DNA of 64,000 nt from a virus, in IMG/VR virus record IMGVR_UViG_3300025039_000014, positions 32,001 to 96,000 of that record, one strand, 5' to 3'. Below are positions 1 through 9,661 of the stretch, piece by piece. Numbering within the stretch: position 1 is the stretch's first letter; each line of letters starts with the position of its first letter. Below the pieces are notes generated by a model, which ran no database searches, had not been told where the DNA came from, and saw only the letters and a program-made list of their open reading frames with translations. The position numbers and the translations under genes were made by a program.

Positions 1-300
1 GGGTTCAATTCGATCTGGCGGGACGGCTATCGCTACAAGAAGGCTGGCGTGATGATGCTCGATCTGCGCGATACCAACCGGGCACAGCTATCGCTGCTGG
101 ACGAGTCGGAACACGCCACACGCGACGAGAAATCCCAGCGGCTGATGTCGACGCTGGACGAGCTCAACCAGAAGATGGGGCGCGGAACAGTCAATTTCGG
201 TCTCCCCTCGAAGAACGCGCCATGGAAACTCAAGGCTGACAGTCGATCGCCGAGATGGACGACGCGCTGGGACGAGATACCCCGCGTGCGGGCAGGATGA
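1..300 (+). CDS. umuC: Y-family DNA polymerase V subunit UmuC, C-terminal fragment (DUF4113)
   Basis: Frame open from base 1: GYRYKKAGVMM...LMSTLDELNQKMGRG...SPRWTTRWDEIP, typical UmuC C-terminus. Confidence 0.9.
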   Translation, partial: GFNSIWRDGYRYKKAGVMMLDLRDTNRAQLSLLDESEHATRDEKSQRLMSTLDELNQKMGRGTVNFGLPSKNAPWKLKADSRSPRWTTRWDEIPRVRAG

Positions 301-324
301 CACCACGATCCAGTGCGCTATACT

Positions 325-342
325 TAGCTAAGCACTTAGCTA
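325..342. promoter_or_regulatory. Palindrome TAGCTAAG-CA-CTTAGCTA upstream of the TA operon (TA operator or degenerate copy of the 20-bp operator)
   Basis: Perfect 8-bp inverted repeat immediately before the antitoxin RBS. Confidence 0.5.
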
Positions 343-354
343 GGAGGCCATTCC

Positions 355-615
355 ATGAACTATAACGTCCACGACGCCAAGTCGCAGCTATCCAAGTTGA
401 TCGAGCAGGCACTGGCTGGCGAGGAAGTGATCATTGCCCGTCGCGGCAAGCCGGCAGTGAAGCTCGTGGCCTGCGAGCCGAAGGGTATCGATTCGATCTG
501 GGGCGCGCTAAAGGGGGCAGCGCTGGAACCCGGATGGGACGCCCCGATGACCGAGGAAGAGCTGGCCGATTGGTATGAGGGTCAGGATGAGACGCTGCCG
601 GAGAACGCACGATGA
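355..615 (+). CDS. Phd/YefM family antitoxin
   Basis: NVHDAKSQLSKLIEQALAGEEVIIARRGKPAVKLV signature; overlaps the toxin start. Confidence 0.9.
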   Translation: MNYNVHDAKSQLSKLIEQALAGEEVIIARRGKPAVKLVACEPKGIDSIWGALKGAALEPGWDAPMTEEELADWYEGQDETLPENAR

Positions 616-1019
616 ACCTGCTGCTCGATACCAACATCATCATCGGCATCTTGGAAGGCGATTCACGATTGATCCCACCGGCGGCCAGGGAGATTCTGTC
701 AAATGCAACTCTCCACTACAGCGTAGCGGTGATCTGGGAGGTCTCGATCAAGCATTCGACCGGCAAGTTGGCCATCTCGCCGATGCAGATGTTCGACATG
801 GTCAAGCGGGTCGGCATGATCGAAAAGCCAATCGCCACCTCTCACACTCTGATCGTCTCCACACTGAATCCGATCCACCGTGACCCGTTCGATCGCATTC
901 AGATCGCTCAGGCGATCGGCGAACGACTGACCCTGGTCACAGCCGATAATCTGCTGCCCCGCTACGACAGCACCGGAAACGTCGTCAGGCACATTTCTTC
1001 TGTAGCCAGTAAGTCATAG
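612..1019 (+). CDS. vapC: VapC/PIN domain toxin
   Basis: LLLDTNII...WEVSIK...HRDPFDRIQIAQA...LVTAD PIN motifs. Confidence 0.9.
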   Translation: MNLLLDTNIIIGILEGDSRLIPPAAREILSNATLHYSVAVIWEVSIKHSTGKLAISPMQMFDMVKRVGMIEKPIATSHTLIVSTLNPIHRDPFDRIQIAQAIGERLTLVTADNLLPRYDSTGNVVRHISSVASKS

Positions 1020-1028
1020 CTTACTTAT
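1009..1028. promoter_or_regulatory. 20-bp palindromic operator-like site, copy 1
   Basis: GTAAGTCATAGCTTACTTAT, overlapping a TATACT -10 box. Confidence 0.7.
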
Positions 1029-1114
1029 ACTAACGATGAGCGCAGGGGCCATGAGCCCCTGTTTATTTGCGCTGACAATGAAAACTCCAAGTCGCAACGC
1101 ACATCGAGAACACC

Positions 1115-1876
1115 ATGCACAACATTCCCGTCCGTCTCGTCTATGAAGGGCTCGCGACATCGTTCGTCGAATCCCCGGACCTGATCGCCGTGCCCGTCAG
1201 TCCGATGGTTCGCCATCGTGAGCTGCGCTATGCCATCCTCGACCTGAACACCTGGCCCAGTGCAATCGACACTCGCGATCGAGCGACGGCCGTCGACAAC
1301 GCGATTCGCAACCTGGGTGACCACCCGTTCCTCGAACTGGCCCCGGAAGATCCGCCCGAGCAGTGGAACATCCGACAGCATCCGAGCATCTCCGGAATGT
1401 GGCTCGTCATCGACGACGAAATCGACATCGTCTCAAGCTGGCCTTACCGCGAACAGGCAGTCTACGCCGCATGGTCCAAGGCTTATAGCAAGTGGAGTGA
1501 GACCGAGCACCACGCTCTGTTCCGCATCACCCTCGACGCGCCGCCGGGTTACCTCGTGTCTTTGAGTGCCATGACACGGGAGCCATGGATCGTTCATGTT
1601 GCTTCTGAAATGTTGCGACAAACGCACCCTAACGAGCTCGCCGCCAAGGCCGCCGCTTGGCAGGACTACCTGGCCAACGCCAAGTCCCGCGACACCGGCT
1701 TCGAGGCTGGCAACATCGAGGATGCCAACGAGTGTGGCAACTGGTGCGCTGGCATCCGTCAGGTCTACGAGACTTGGGTCTGGGAGAACCAGATCGAGGT
1801 TTACGGCAAGTCCGAGGCTGAAGCCACCGAGCTGCGCGACCGGATTCTGGCGTTCCTGCAAGGAGCGTCACGATGA
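1115..1876 (+). CDS. hypothetical phage protein
   Basis: 253-aa ORF with typical codon usage; coupled to the next gene. Confidence 0.7.
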   Translation: MHNIPVRLVYEGLATSFVESPDLIAVPVSPMVRHRELRYAILDLNTWPSAIDTRDRATAVDNAIRNLGDHPFLELAPEDPPEQWNIRQHPSISGMWLVIDDEIDIVSSWPYREQAVYAAWSKAYSKWSETEHHALFRITLDAPPGYLVSLSAMTREPWIVHVASEMLRQTHPNELAAKAAAWQDYLANAKSRDTGFEAGNIEDANECGNWCAGIRQVYETWVWENQIEVYGKSEAEATELRDRILAFLQGASR

Positions 1877-2268
1877 CCGCACACGTTCACGCCGAATCGA
1901 TGGCGCAATATGCCGAGGACGCCCGCGAGACGGAAAAACCGTGGGAGCGGTGGGAGATAGAGATTGGCAAGGAGTGGTGGCCGCTAAGCAAAATGGCGGA
2001 ATGGCACCCGCAGTTCAAATACCGCCGCAAGCCGCGCACGATCAATATCAACGGACATGAGGTGCCCGAGCCACTACGCGAGGAACCGGCGAACGGCCAG
2101 TCGCTATATAGCCCCGCCTTTTTCAATAGCGAATCCTTCCAGGTTACATACTGGCACGCAACGCGAGTCCAGCAAGATTGGCTGAGTCAAGGGCTGTTTC
2201 ACCTCACCCGCGAAGCCGCCGAGCTGCACGCCAAAGCGCTGTTGTCGTTCACCAAATCGGGCGACTGA
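1873..2268 (+). CDS. hypothetical phage protein
   Basis: ATGA overlap; YRRKPRTININGHEVPEPLR motif seen in phage early genes. Confidence 0.75.
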   Translation: MTAHVHAESMAQYAEDARETEKPWERWEIEIGKEWWPLSKMAEWHPQFKYRRKPRTININGHEVPEPLREEPANGQSLYSPAFFNSESFQVTYWHATRVQQDWLSQGLFHLTREAAELHAKALLSFTKSGD

Positions 2269-2271
2269 CCA

Positions 2272-2529
2272 ATGACTAACTTCGTATGGCCCAGCGATGC
2301 CGATCGTGCAGAGAGCGACGAGCTCAATCGTGTCTGTGAACAGCTCGAACGCGTAATGGATAACAGCCAAGCGATCATCGACGCCGGTAAACGCCTGCGC
2401 GAACTGGCCGACGACCTGATGCCCGGCCTCAAATACATCGTCTTGCAGGACTACGCGCTGCTAACCGCCTTCGACGAGTGGGACCGGGCGATGCGGCCGA
2501 TGAAACAGGAAGGGGAGAACAACCAATGA
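2272..2529 (+). CDS. hypothetical protein
   Basis: ORF in a tightly packed operon. Confidence 0.65.
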   Translation: MTNFVWPSDADRAESDELNRVCEQLERVMDNSQAIIDAGKRLRELADDLMPGLKYIVLQDYALLTAFDEWDRAMRPMKQEGENNQ

Positions 2530-2834
2530 CCGTCCAAGAACGCATGAGCATGCAACTGACCATCGTCCGCGCTGCGGTTGAAGGGTTGATCGCCGCTGGC
2601 TACCGCGTCGGCTACCACGACGGCGACACACACTGCCACGAAGGTGAGATCGTGGCGCAGCATGAGAACGGCACGTTTTTCCTGACGCACAGCAACTGGG
2701 TGGGCAAAGGCGGTGCTAGCAAGCCAGGCAGTGATGACGAGAGGCCTGCCTACCAGTCGCTGCTGGATGCGGGCTATACACATTGGTTTCCACTCTCAGC
2801 CGTCAACGATGCAGAAGGTCGCGGCGATGCTTAA
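2526..2834 (+). CDS. hypothetical protein
   Basis: ATGA overlap with upstream stop; GGAG RBS. Confidence 0.6.
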   Translation: MTVQERMSMQLTIVRAAVEGLIAAGYRVGYHDGDTHCHEGEIVAQHENGTFFLTHSNWVGKGGASKPGSDDERPAYQSLLDAGYTHWFPLSAVNDAEGRGDA

Positions 2835-3240
2835 CACCAACAGCCTCGCGGGCATGATGTGTCCGCACTGCAAGCAGACCAAGCGCTTCGAGATCGAGGT
2901 CAAAGCCTACGCCAGCGTCACCGATGAGGGCGTCGAGGACGTCAACAGCGGGGAGAACGAGTGGTTCAATCACACCCCGATCCGCTGCCCTGCCTGCCAC
3001 ACTCAGGGCGAGGTTGGGAGTTTCACCTACCCACGCGGATATCCCCTCAAGAGCCGCCGTCTCGAGGTCGACCACGACGAGAGAGATTGGCGTCGCGAGA
3101 CACCGGCCGGCAGCACGTTCGAGGTTGATCAGATGGTGTCGCTGACCCGCCGGGTGATCGGGTGCCCTGCCACCGGTGCCACGCTGATCTTCGAAATCAA
3201 CGACATCGACGACGGCTTCGAGGATATGACCGATGAGTGA
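2827..3240 (+). CDS. hypothetical Zn-ribbon protein
   Basis: CPHC...CPAC pairs; start overlaps upstream gene. Confidence 0.65.
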   Translation: MLNTNSLAGMMCPHCKQTKRFEIEVKAYASVTDEGVEDVNSGENEWFNHTPIRCPACHTQGEVGSFTYPRGYPLKSRRLEVDHDERDWRRETPAGSTFEVDQMVSLTRRVIGCPATGATLIFEINDIDDGFEDMTDE

Positions 3241-3451
3241 TCCAGGCTGGTATATCCACCCGTTCGCCCCGGCCAACAGCAAGTTCCACTACTACCGCAA
3301 GGATGGTGGGTCGCTGTGCCGGAAATACACCAAGCTCGGTGGTCAGGTCGACGACGATCCGAAGTATGACCAGGACGAGGCGAACTGCGCAGTCTGTAAG
3401 CGCCGCATTGCAGACCACCGCGCCAATCGCAAGAAGGAGGCGGTCAAATGA
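3233..3451 (+). CDS. small Cys/His hypothetical protein
   Basis: HYY...SLC...CAVC; overlaps both neighbours. Confidence 0.6.
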   Translation: MSDPGWYIHPFAPANSKFHYYRKDGGSLCRKYTKLGGQVDDDPKYDQDEANCAVCKRRIADHRANRKKEAVK

Positions 3452-4068
3452 ATCCGCACCTGTTCGGTAGAGCTAGGGCGTTCGCGATCGCCGCCCATGA
3501 AGCGGTCGGCCAGAAGCGCAAATACACCGGCGAGCCCTACTACTTCCATCCGCTGCAAGTCGCCACGATCGTGCAGTCATTCGGGGGCACCGACGAAATG
3601 GTCGTCGCGGCGCTGCTGCATGACACGGTCGAGGACACCGACATCACGCTCGACATCATCGAGCAAGAGTTCGGCGCGACGGTGGCCAAGCTGGTCGATG
3701 AGCTGACCGACAAGTTCGTCGACCCGGCGATCGGCAACCGAGCGCACCGAAAGACCCTGGAGCGCGAGCGACTGGCGACGATCTCCAAGGAGGCGCAGAC
3801 GATCAAGCTGGCCGACCTGCTGCACAACACCAGCTCGATCGTGCGCTACGACCCCGGCTTCGCGAGAGTCTATCTGACCGAGAAGCGTGCCATCTTGGGA
3901 GGTATGAGACAGGGCAACAAAGCACTCGGCCAGGCGGTGCTGAACCAGCTCGTTCGCTGTGAAGCCAAGCTCAACATGACTCCGATGGCGTCTTGCGGCT
4001 GCGTCTACAGCCTGGCCAAGAACAGCCCGAGTTGCCGAGTGATCTGGCGTTGGCCGGGCATGTCGTGA
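3448..4068 (+). CDS. HD-domain hydrolase, Mesh1/SpoT-type (small alarmone hydrolase-like)
   Basis: AH..GQKRKYTGEPYYFHP, ALLHDTVEDT, IKLADLLHN motifs. Confidence 0.85.
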   Translation: MNPHLFGRARAFAIAAHEAVGQKRKYTGEPYYFHPLQVATIVQSFGGTDEMVVAALLHDTVEDTDITLDIIEQEFGATVAKLVDELTDKFVDPAIGNRAHRKTLERERLATISKEAQTIKLADLLHNTSSIVRYDPGFARVYLTEKRAILGGMRQGNKALGQAVLNQLVRCEAKLNMTPMASCGCVYSLAKNSPSCRVIWRWPGMS

Positions 4069-4253
4069 CACCCTGCCGAGATCATGACTTCGGCCATAAG
4101 CGATACCAGATCGTCTCGGCACCGGAAGGCGCCGACGAGGATGAGGTGCTGGAGTCGTTCGATAGCCAGGAGGAAGCTGAACTGCGTCTCGCAGCGATGA
4201 TCAGTGACGGCGACGACTGTGAACTCTACCTCGTCGACATCGAGGACGAATGA
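4065..4253 (+). CDS. small acidic hypothetical protein
   Basis: GTGA overlap with the HD gene stop; acidic ORF. Confidence 0.5.
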   Translation: MTPCRDHDFGHKRYQIVSAPEGADEDEVLESFDSQEEAELRLAAMISDGDDCELYLVDIEDE

Positions 4254-4438
4254 TGGCCGACTACCTGCTTAACTACGAGATGGACGACGACCCGCGTCAG
4301 GAGCATGAAGTCGAGTTTGAGGCTACTGACGACGACGAGGCTGTCGAGATCGGCATGAGTAAGCTGGGCGATCCCTCCATGGTGGCTTGGTTTACCATCA
4401 CCGACCGACACGGCGAAATCATTAGAGATCAATGGTGA
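4250..4438 (+). CDS. small acidic hypothetical protein
   Basis: ATGA overlap; GAGG RBS. Confidence 0.6.
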   Translation: MMADYLLNYEMDDDPRQEHEVEFEATDDDEAVEIGMSKLGDPSMVAWFTITDRHGEIIRDQW

Positions 4439-4442
4439 AACG

Positions 4443-4742
4443 ATGAACGATACCCAGATCATGAATGCTGCCCGCGAGGCGGGAATCACGACGCTACCCG
4501 AAGGGCAAACTGACGAGAAGATCATGACCTTCGCCAAGACCGTCACCGCCGCTGACAGGACGATGATCGAGCAGCTGGCCAACTATCTGGCCAAGGTCAG
4601 CCAATACCTCGATATCAATCCCGAGGAAGCACAGGAACATAGCGGCGATGTAGCCGATGTGCTGATCGAGGCGATCCATCAGAAGAACGAAGAGATAGAG
4701 CGCCTGGAGGCCGAAGTCGAACGCCTCTCCAGCATGCAGTAA
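4443..4742 (+). CDS. hypothetical protein, C-terminal coiled coil
   Basis: ORF ending just before a terminator. Confidence 0.65.
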   Translation: MNDTQIMNAAREAGITTLPEGQTDEKIMTFAKTVTAADRTMIEQLANYLAKVSQYLDINPEEAQEHSGDVADVLIEAIHQKNEEIERLEAEVERLSSMQ

Positions 4743-4746
4743 TTCG

Positions 4747-4769
4747 AGGCCCGTTTCGGGCCTTTTCTT
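4747..4769 (+). terminator. Rho-independent terminator
   Basis: AGGCCCG-TTT-CGGGCCT followed by T tract. Confidence 0.75.
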
Positions 4770-4774
4770 GGCGC

Positions 4775-4803
4775 TTGATAGTAAGTCATTACTTACTTAT
4801 AGT
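4775..4803 (+). promoter_or_regulatory. sigma70 promoter TTGATA-17-TATAGT with operator copy 2 (4781-4800) filling the spacer
   Basis: Near-consensus hexamers with 17-bp spacing; GTAAGTCATTACTTACTTAT between them. Confidence 0.8.
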
Positions 4804-4877
4804 AATAACAGATCGAAGACTGCCAGCGTGATCAGAATGACAATGATTGCAGTTCCAACACACAGAGATCGACTCCA

Positions 4878-5390
4878 ATGACCATCATTGCAATCGCCAC
4901 CGGCACGCAGAAGCCCATCGAGGCTTTCATGAACGAGAACGAGCGCCTTCGCGCTGAGCTCGGCATGGTGCTCAACGACAAGTTCAGTGCCGATCAGTCT
5001 CTCGACGAGATGATGGGCCGTTACCTCGACGACATGCAGCGCCTCAAAGACGCCGAGAAGCGCGTCGCCGAACTCGAGCAGGCTAACGCTGAGCTGTCGG
5101 CACAACTCGCCGCTACCACCGAACTCAAGGCCGAAGTCGAATCCTCCCTGGATTTCGCCGAGACCTTCCTCGACAAGCTGCGAGCCTATGTCGTCAAGGC
5201 AATCATCGAAGAAAGCCAGAGCAGCAACCCCGGTTCCAAGCCACCATCCATTGCGATCACTCCCAACTTCACGACTGATCTGACGGTCGCTCAGTTCATG
5301 GCGGAAAACGCCATGAACAAGGTTCGCGATGTGCATCGGGCTAACGCTCACCCCATCAACATCATCGCCGCCAGGATCAGACTGAAATGA
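4878..5390 (+). CDS. hypothetical coiled-coil protein
   Basis: 170-aa ORF downstream of the promoter. Confidence 0.7.
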   Translation: MTIIAIATGTQKPIEAFMNENERLRAELGMVLNDKFSADQSLDEMMGRYLDDMQRLKDAEKRVAELEQANAELSAQLAATTELKAEVESSLDFAETFLDKLRAYVVKAIIEESQSSNPGSKPPSIAITPNFTTDLTVAQFMAENAMNKVRDVHRANAHPINIIAARIRLK

Positions 5391-5565
5391 CCCTTCAAGA
5401 CCTCGGAACGCCACTTCGTCGCCAGGATTTCTATGCCAGCACCGCCACGCCGACCAGCGGGCTCCGACAGTGGCTGGACAGACTCCGCCGCTTCGTCAGC
5501 CGCTTCAAATGACTAGAGGGCGCCCTGAGCGCCCTTCTTTCTGCCTTCTCATCGAGAACAACACC

Positions 5566-6075
5566 ATGAAGATCATCGTCATCGCTGCCGCCGGGATGAA
5601 CAACGAGATCGGCCGGAACAACCAGCTGCTTTGGAAGATCCCCGAAGACATGAAGCACTTTCGCGAGACCACCCTGTGTCACGCGGTGCTGATGGGACGC
5701 AAGACCTACGAGTCGATCGGCCAGGCGCTCCCTAACCGTCACAACTACATCATGAGCCGGTCGATCGAAGAGGAATCCGGAATCTTTGGCGGTGAGAGCT
5801 ACAACCTCGTCGGCTCGCTGCCGGTGGCCGTGGATAACGCCAAGCGCTCCGGTTATCAGAAGCTGTTCGTGATCGGCGGTGGCGAGATTTACGACAGCGT
5901 AATCCGCAACGGTCTGGCCCACGAAATCATCCTGACGCGGATCGCGAAGACCGCCGAGGACGCCGATGCCTTCTTCCCCGAGATCGGTGCGTCGACGCTG
6001 TATCAGGAAACACACCTGCGCCCGCTGAATGACTATGCGGACGTTTACACCTACACCCGCACTGACCTGATCTGA
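5566..6075 (+). CDS. folA: dihydrofolate reductase
   Basis: IAAAGMNNEIGRNNQLLWKIPEDMKHFRETT, MGRKTYESIG, LPNRHN, FVIGGGEIY. Confidence 0.95.
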   Translation: MKIIVIAAAGMNNEIGRNNQLLWKIPEDMKHFRETTLCHAVLMGRKTYESIGQALPNRHNYIMSRSIEEESGIFGGESYNLVGSLPVAVDNAKRSGYQKLFVIGGGEIYDSVIRNGLAHEIILTRIAKTAEDADAFFPEIGASTLYQETHLRPLNDYADVYTYTRTDLI

Positions 6076-6076
6076 G

Positions 6077-6679
6077 GTGACTATGGATCGCATCGGACTG
6101 AGTGGCCCGCACAAGTCGGGCAAGACGACACTGGCGAAAGCCTATGCCCGTCGCTGGAATCTTGACTACGTCGACATGAACATTCGGGGCGTGCTCAAGT
6201 CGTTCGGCGTCTCGCCCAACGAAGAGCTGAACTTCCCTCGGCGTCTCGAGATTCAGGAAAACCTGGTCAGTCACTTTCACAACATGCTGAGCTACCGGAA
6301 CCGCTCCTACATCACCGACCGGACCTACATGGACATCGCGGCGATGACGCTGTCGTTCATGCCCCACACGATCACCGCGCTGGAGGGTGAATCGGTCGCC
6401 GCTCATCTCAATCGCTGCTATGACGGCCAGAGTCAGCTGTTCAACAACCTGATCGTGATGGGTAACGCCTTCGAGCCGCCGGTCGACACGTCCAATCCTC
6501 ACAAGGCGACCTACAACTGGGCCTGGAACTTCCAGATCGAGGCGCTGATCAAGGGGCTGGTGCTGAACCAGCATAACCATTGCATCACCAATTTCCTGAC
6601 CGACAAATACGACACCGTCGAGAAGCGCCTGGAGCGATTGGATTCGCTGCTGGAGCGCGACACGTCGGTGACGCACTGA
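6077..6679 (+). CDS. P-loop nucleotide kinase-like protein (AAA_28/dNMP kinase)
   Basis: GLSGPHKSGKTT Walker A; ITDRT motif. Confidence 0.7.
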   Translation: MTMDRIGLSGPHKSGKTTLAKAYARRWNLDYVDMNIRGVLKSFGVSPNEELNFPRRLEIQENLVSHFHNMLSYRNRSYITDRTYMDIAAMTLSFMPHTITALEGESVAAHLNRCYDGQSQLFNNLIVMGNAFEPPVDTSNPHKATYNWAWNFQIEALIKGLVLNQHNHCITNFLTDKYDTVEKRLERLDSLLERDTSVTH

Positions 6680-6689
6680 GGACACAGAG

Positions 6690-7037
6690 ATGATCATCAG
6701 AGGGAAGAACCCTACCCGCGTCATCGTGGATGGGCGCGACTTCGTGGGGCGCAACGTCACCATCAATGGCGATCGCGTGATCGTCGACGGTGTCACCCAG
6801 CCCGGTTCGCTCGTCAACCTGGTGCAAGTGGTCGTTCACGGCGATTGCGAGATGGCCGAAGTCACACGGGGCCACATCACGATCAACGGTAATGCTGGCC
6901 GGGTGAAGACAGCATCGGGCGATGTCGAGATCACCGGCAATGTCACCGGCAATGTCGAGACGATGTCAGGCGATGTTCAGGCGATGTCCATCCACGGCAG
7001 CACACGAACGATGTCGGGCGACATCATCCGGGGCTGA
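6690..7037 (+). CDS. beta-solenoid repeat hypothetical protein
   Basis: Repeated T(A/M)SGDV motifs. Confidence 0.7.
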   Translation: MIIRGKNPTRVIVDGRDFVGRNVTINGDRVIVDGVTQPGSLVNLVQVVVHGDCEMAEVTRGHITINGNAGRVKTASGDVEITGNVTGNVETMSGDVQAMSIHGSTRTMSGDIIRG

Positions 7038-7092
7038 GCTTGCCATCGTGCGCTGCGAGACACTGAAAGCAGCGCGTTATTGGAGACATCAC

Positions 7093-7545
7093 ATGCACCC
7101 GGCACACGAGATACCCACCAAAGCCGAAGAGCTGGATCGCAAATCGATGACCGAACTGAGCCGCATCGTTCACCTCTACGAAACCCATCAGATCACCCAT
7201 CGCGAGATGAACCTGATGCTCGACACGCTGTGGTCGTGCGTCTCGGGTCTCGTTAGCGAGGAATGGCGCGAGATGATCGAGGCCGCCCGGCGAGTAGCGA
7301 ACACCCAGGCGCCCTGGAACCTGGTGATGATGCGCCCGGCCGCGAAACCCGGTGGTCTTGGGCTGTTCGTGCTGGCCAAGCGCGGCCAGGAAGAGATCGA
7401 CATGAGCATCTATGCCGGCGACGGCAAGCTGATGCAGAAATCACACTTGCCCTTCACGGATCGGGAAGTTCCCTCCGTGGCGACTTCCGAGAACTTCGAA
7501 CGGCTCCAGAAGAGCCTGACTGACAAGGGATATCAGACCACATGA
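7093..7545 (+). CDS. hypothetical protein
   Basis: GGAG RBS before ATG; coupled to the exonuclease gene. Confidence 0.65.
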   Translation: MHPAHEIPTKAEELDRKSMTELSRIVHLYETHQITHREMNLMLDTLWSCVSGLVSEEWREMIEAARRVANTQAPWNLVMMRPAAKPGGLGLFVLAKRGQEEIDMSIYAGDGKLMQKSHLPFTDREVPSVATSENFERLQKSLTDKGYQTT

Positions 7546-8120
7546 CAATCTGCACCGGGATCGACCTGGAGACCACCGGCCTCTCCGCAGAGAAGGGTCA
7601 TCGCATCATCGAGATCGCGGCGACGATGCACGACTTCCACACTGGCAAGATGCTGGGAAAATGGGTCAAGCGGATCAATCCGAAGCGCGCCATCGATCCG
7701 AAGGCTCAGGCCGTTCACAAGATCAGCCTGGAAGACCTCAAGGACGAGCCATTGTGGGAAGACGTGGCGCCTTCGCTAGTCAAGCTGATCCAGCGCTCCG
7801 ACATTCTGGTCGCTCACAACGGTATGGGGTTTGATTATCCCTTCATCCTGCATGAATTGGACCGCGTCGGACTGGCCATGCCCGACGTCGAGCTCTTCGA
7901 CACCATGCTCGGCTGCTACTGGGCAACGCCGGATGGCAAGCCACCCAGTCTGCGCGAGCTGGCGCACTCGCTCGGCTACATCTACGACGAGAGCCAGGCT
8001 CACGGTGCTCTCTACGACACGGCGCTGATGATGCAGTGTTTCTTCCGGGCACGGCGTGAGTATCCGGGTTTCATCACGACGCGGTTCGATGAGAAGTCGG
8101 AGGTGACGCATGTCGTCTGA
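7542..8120 (+). CDS. DEDDh 3'-5' exonuclease (DnaQ/epsilon-like)
   Basis: DLETTG, VAHNGMGFD, HGALYD motifs. Confidence 0.9.
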   Translation: MTICTGIDLETTGLSAEKGHRIIEIAATMHDFHTGKMLGKWVKRINPKRAIDPKAQAVHKISLEDLKDEPLWEDVAPSLVKLIQRSDILVAHNGMGFDYPFILHELDRVGLAMPDVELFDTMLGCYWATPDGKPPSLRELAHSLGYIYDESQAHGALYDTALMMQCFFRARREYPGFITTRFDEKSEVTHVV

Positions 8121-8442
8121 TCATGACTTCCGCATGCTAGCCTTCCGTGTTTGTGCCGACGAGCGCGACTATCTCAAGTCGATTCGCTGGCTGTTCTGGC
8201 TGATCCTGAATCTGCCGTTGATCGCGATCGAGGCGATGGTCTTTTCCTGGAGGGTGTCGACCTCTCGCCGCATGTTCCGAGGTATCGCCCTGCCAGGCGC
8301 CCTGATGTTCTTCGGTCTCGTCACCATGGCCGTCGTGTCATTCATGCTCGCCGACATCGTGTTCAATGCACTGAATGGTCGACTCACCAATATCTGCTTC
8401 AAGACCGGCACACTGGAGGACATCGGCCTGCCACGAGAATGA
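8110..8442 (+). CDS. putative membrane protein
   Basis: Two hydrophobic segments. Confidence 0.55.
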   Translation: MSSDHDFRMLAFRVCADERDYLKSIRWLFWLILNLPLIAIEAMVFSWRVSTSRRMFRGIALPGALMFFGLVTMAVVSFMLADIVFNALNGRLTNICFKTGTLEDIGLPRE

Positions 8443-8549
8443 GAAAGTTCAGTCTAGCCCCGCGATTCAGCGATCCAACGCCAGCGCTCGTGCTCTGACA
8501 ATGGAATTGTAGCGAACACACTGCAAACCCAACGATCGGAGTTACCCTC

Positions 8550-9401
8550 ATGAAGAACCAGAAAGCCCAACAGGACGAACTGGACCAGGTGCTGAGCGGG
8601 ATGGACGCGCTGGATGACCTGGACGCGCTGGATTTCGAAGTCGAGGAAGTCACCGCCTCCGCCAACGATGAGCAGCAGGAAGTGGCTCATGCCGAGGACA
8701 TCGTGCTGGAAGATGACGATGTTGCCGCCGAGCTCGAAGTGGAAGTCGAAGCCGCCGCTCAAGAGTCCGACGACGAGCCGGAAATCGACGACACGATCGA
8801 GGCTGAGATCAAGGCAGCGGAGCGCGAGCGCAAGCTGAAAGAAGCGACCATGAGCGAGGACGAGGTCGAAGCCGCCCAGGCCAAGTCTGCCAAGACCGGC
8901 AAGGCCGGCAAGAAGTCGCGTGCTCCAGTAACCGCTGCCCCCCGCGAGCCGAGCGAAGCCATCGATGTCGCTGCGCTGATCGCGTCCAAAGTGCAGCCGA
9001 CGATGAGTCACTGGAAGATGATACCGGGCATGGACGAGGAAACGGCCGAACTCTTCAAGGCGGAACTCGAGGCACAGTTCGAGGCACTGCCCAAGAAGAC
9101 TCGCGAGAAAGCCGTGAACCTGATGGATTGGTTCGTCCGCGGCCGCTCGCTCTCCGTCTTCGTCGGTATCGCCTTCGACGTGCTATCCAGCCAGGGCGAG
9201 ATCACGCCGGCGGACCTGCGCAATCGCTATCAGTCGAATCCGGGCAAGTCGTATACCCAGGGCACGGCCAATGCGCAGACCGGCCAGGTGATGCAGATTC
9301 TGCGCACCTTCCAGATCATCGACAGCGACGGCAAGATCAACGAAAAGCACGCCATGATCAGCGCGTTCAAGGAGCGCGAGGTGGAAGACAAGGTCGCATG
9401 A
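8550..9401 (+). CDS. hypothetical protein with highly acidic N-terminus and possible C-terminal winged helix
   Basis: D/E-rich first ~90 aa; ITPADLRNRY...GTANAQTGQVMQILRTFQII. Confidence 0.75.
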   Translation: MKNQKAQQDELDQVLSGMDALDDLDALDFEVEEVTASANDEQQEVAHAEDIVLEDDDVAAELEVEVEAAAQESDDEPEIDDTIEAEIKAAERERKLKEATMSEDEVEAAQAKSAKTGKAGKKSRAPVTAAPREPSEAIDVAALIASKVQPTMSHWKMIPGMDEETAELFKAELEAQFEALPKKTREKAVNLMDWFVRGRSLSVFVGIAFDVLSSQGEITPADLRNRYQSNPGKSYTQGTANAQTGQVMQILRTFQIIDSDGKINEKHAMISAFKEREVEDKVA

Positions 9402-9496
9402 CCCAGTCATCAATAGGTCGCGGGGTCGCGTGCCCCGCTTCCTTCTAGGTCTTCGATGAGGGTCTAGCGGGAAGAGAGAGGTAGCTGTGTGTGCGC

Positions 9497-9523
9497 GGGG
9501 CTCCAAGTGAGCCCCATTTTTTT
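9497..9523 (+). terminator. Rho-independent terminator
   Basis: GGGGCTC...GAGCCCC followed by T tract. Confidence 0.75.
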
Positions 9524-9661
9524 GGCCTGCAAAATTAAACCAAGGTGTTGATTCAAAACGGTTCGCTGAGACCAACGTGTTGAGATTAACCATCTGATAA
9601 TTAGGGTCTTTTATTATGCAGGCTATCTCGATATGGTCCCGGTTAACAGGAGATCATTGCC

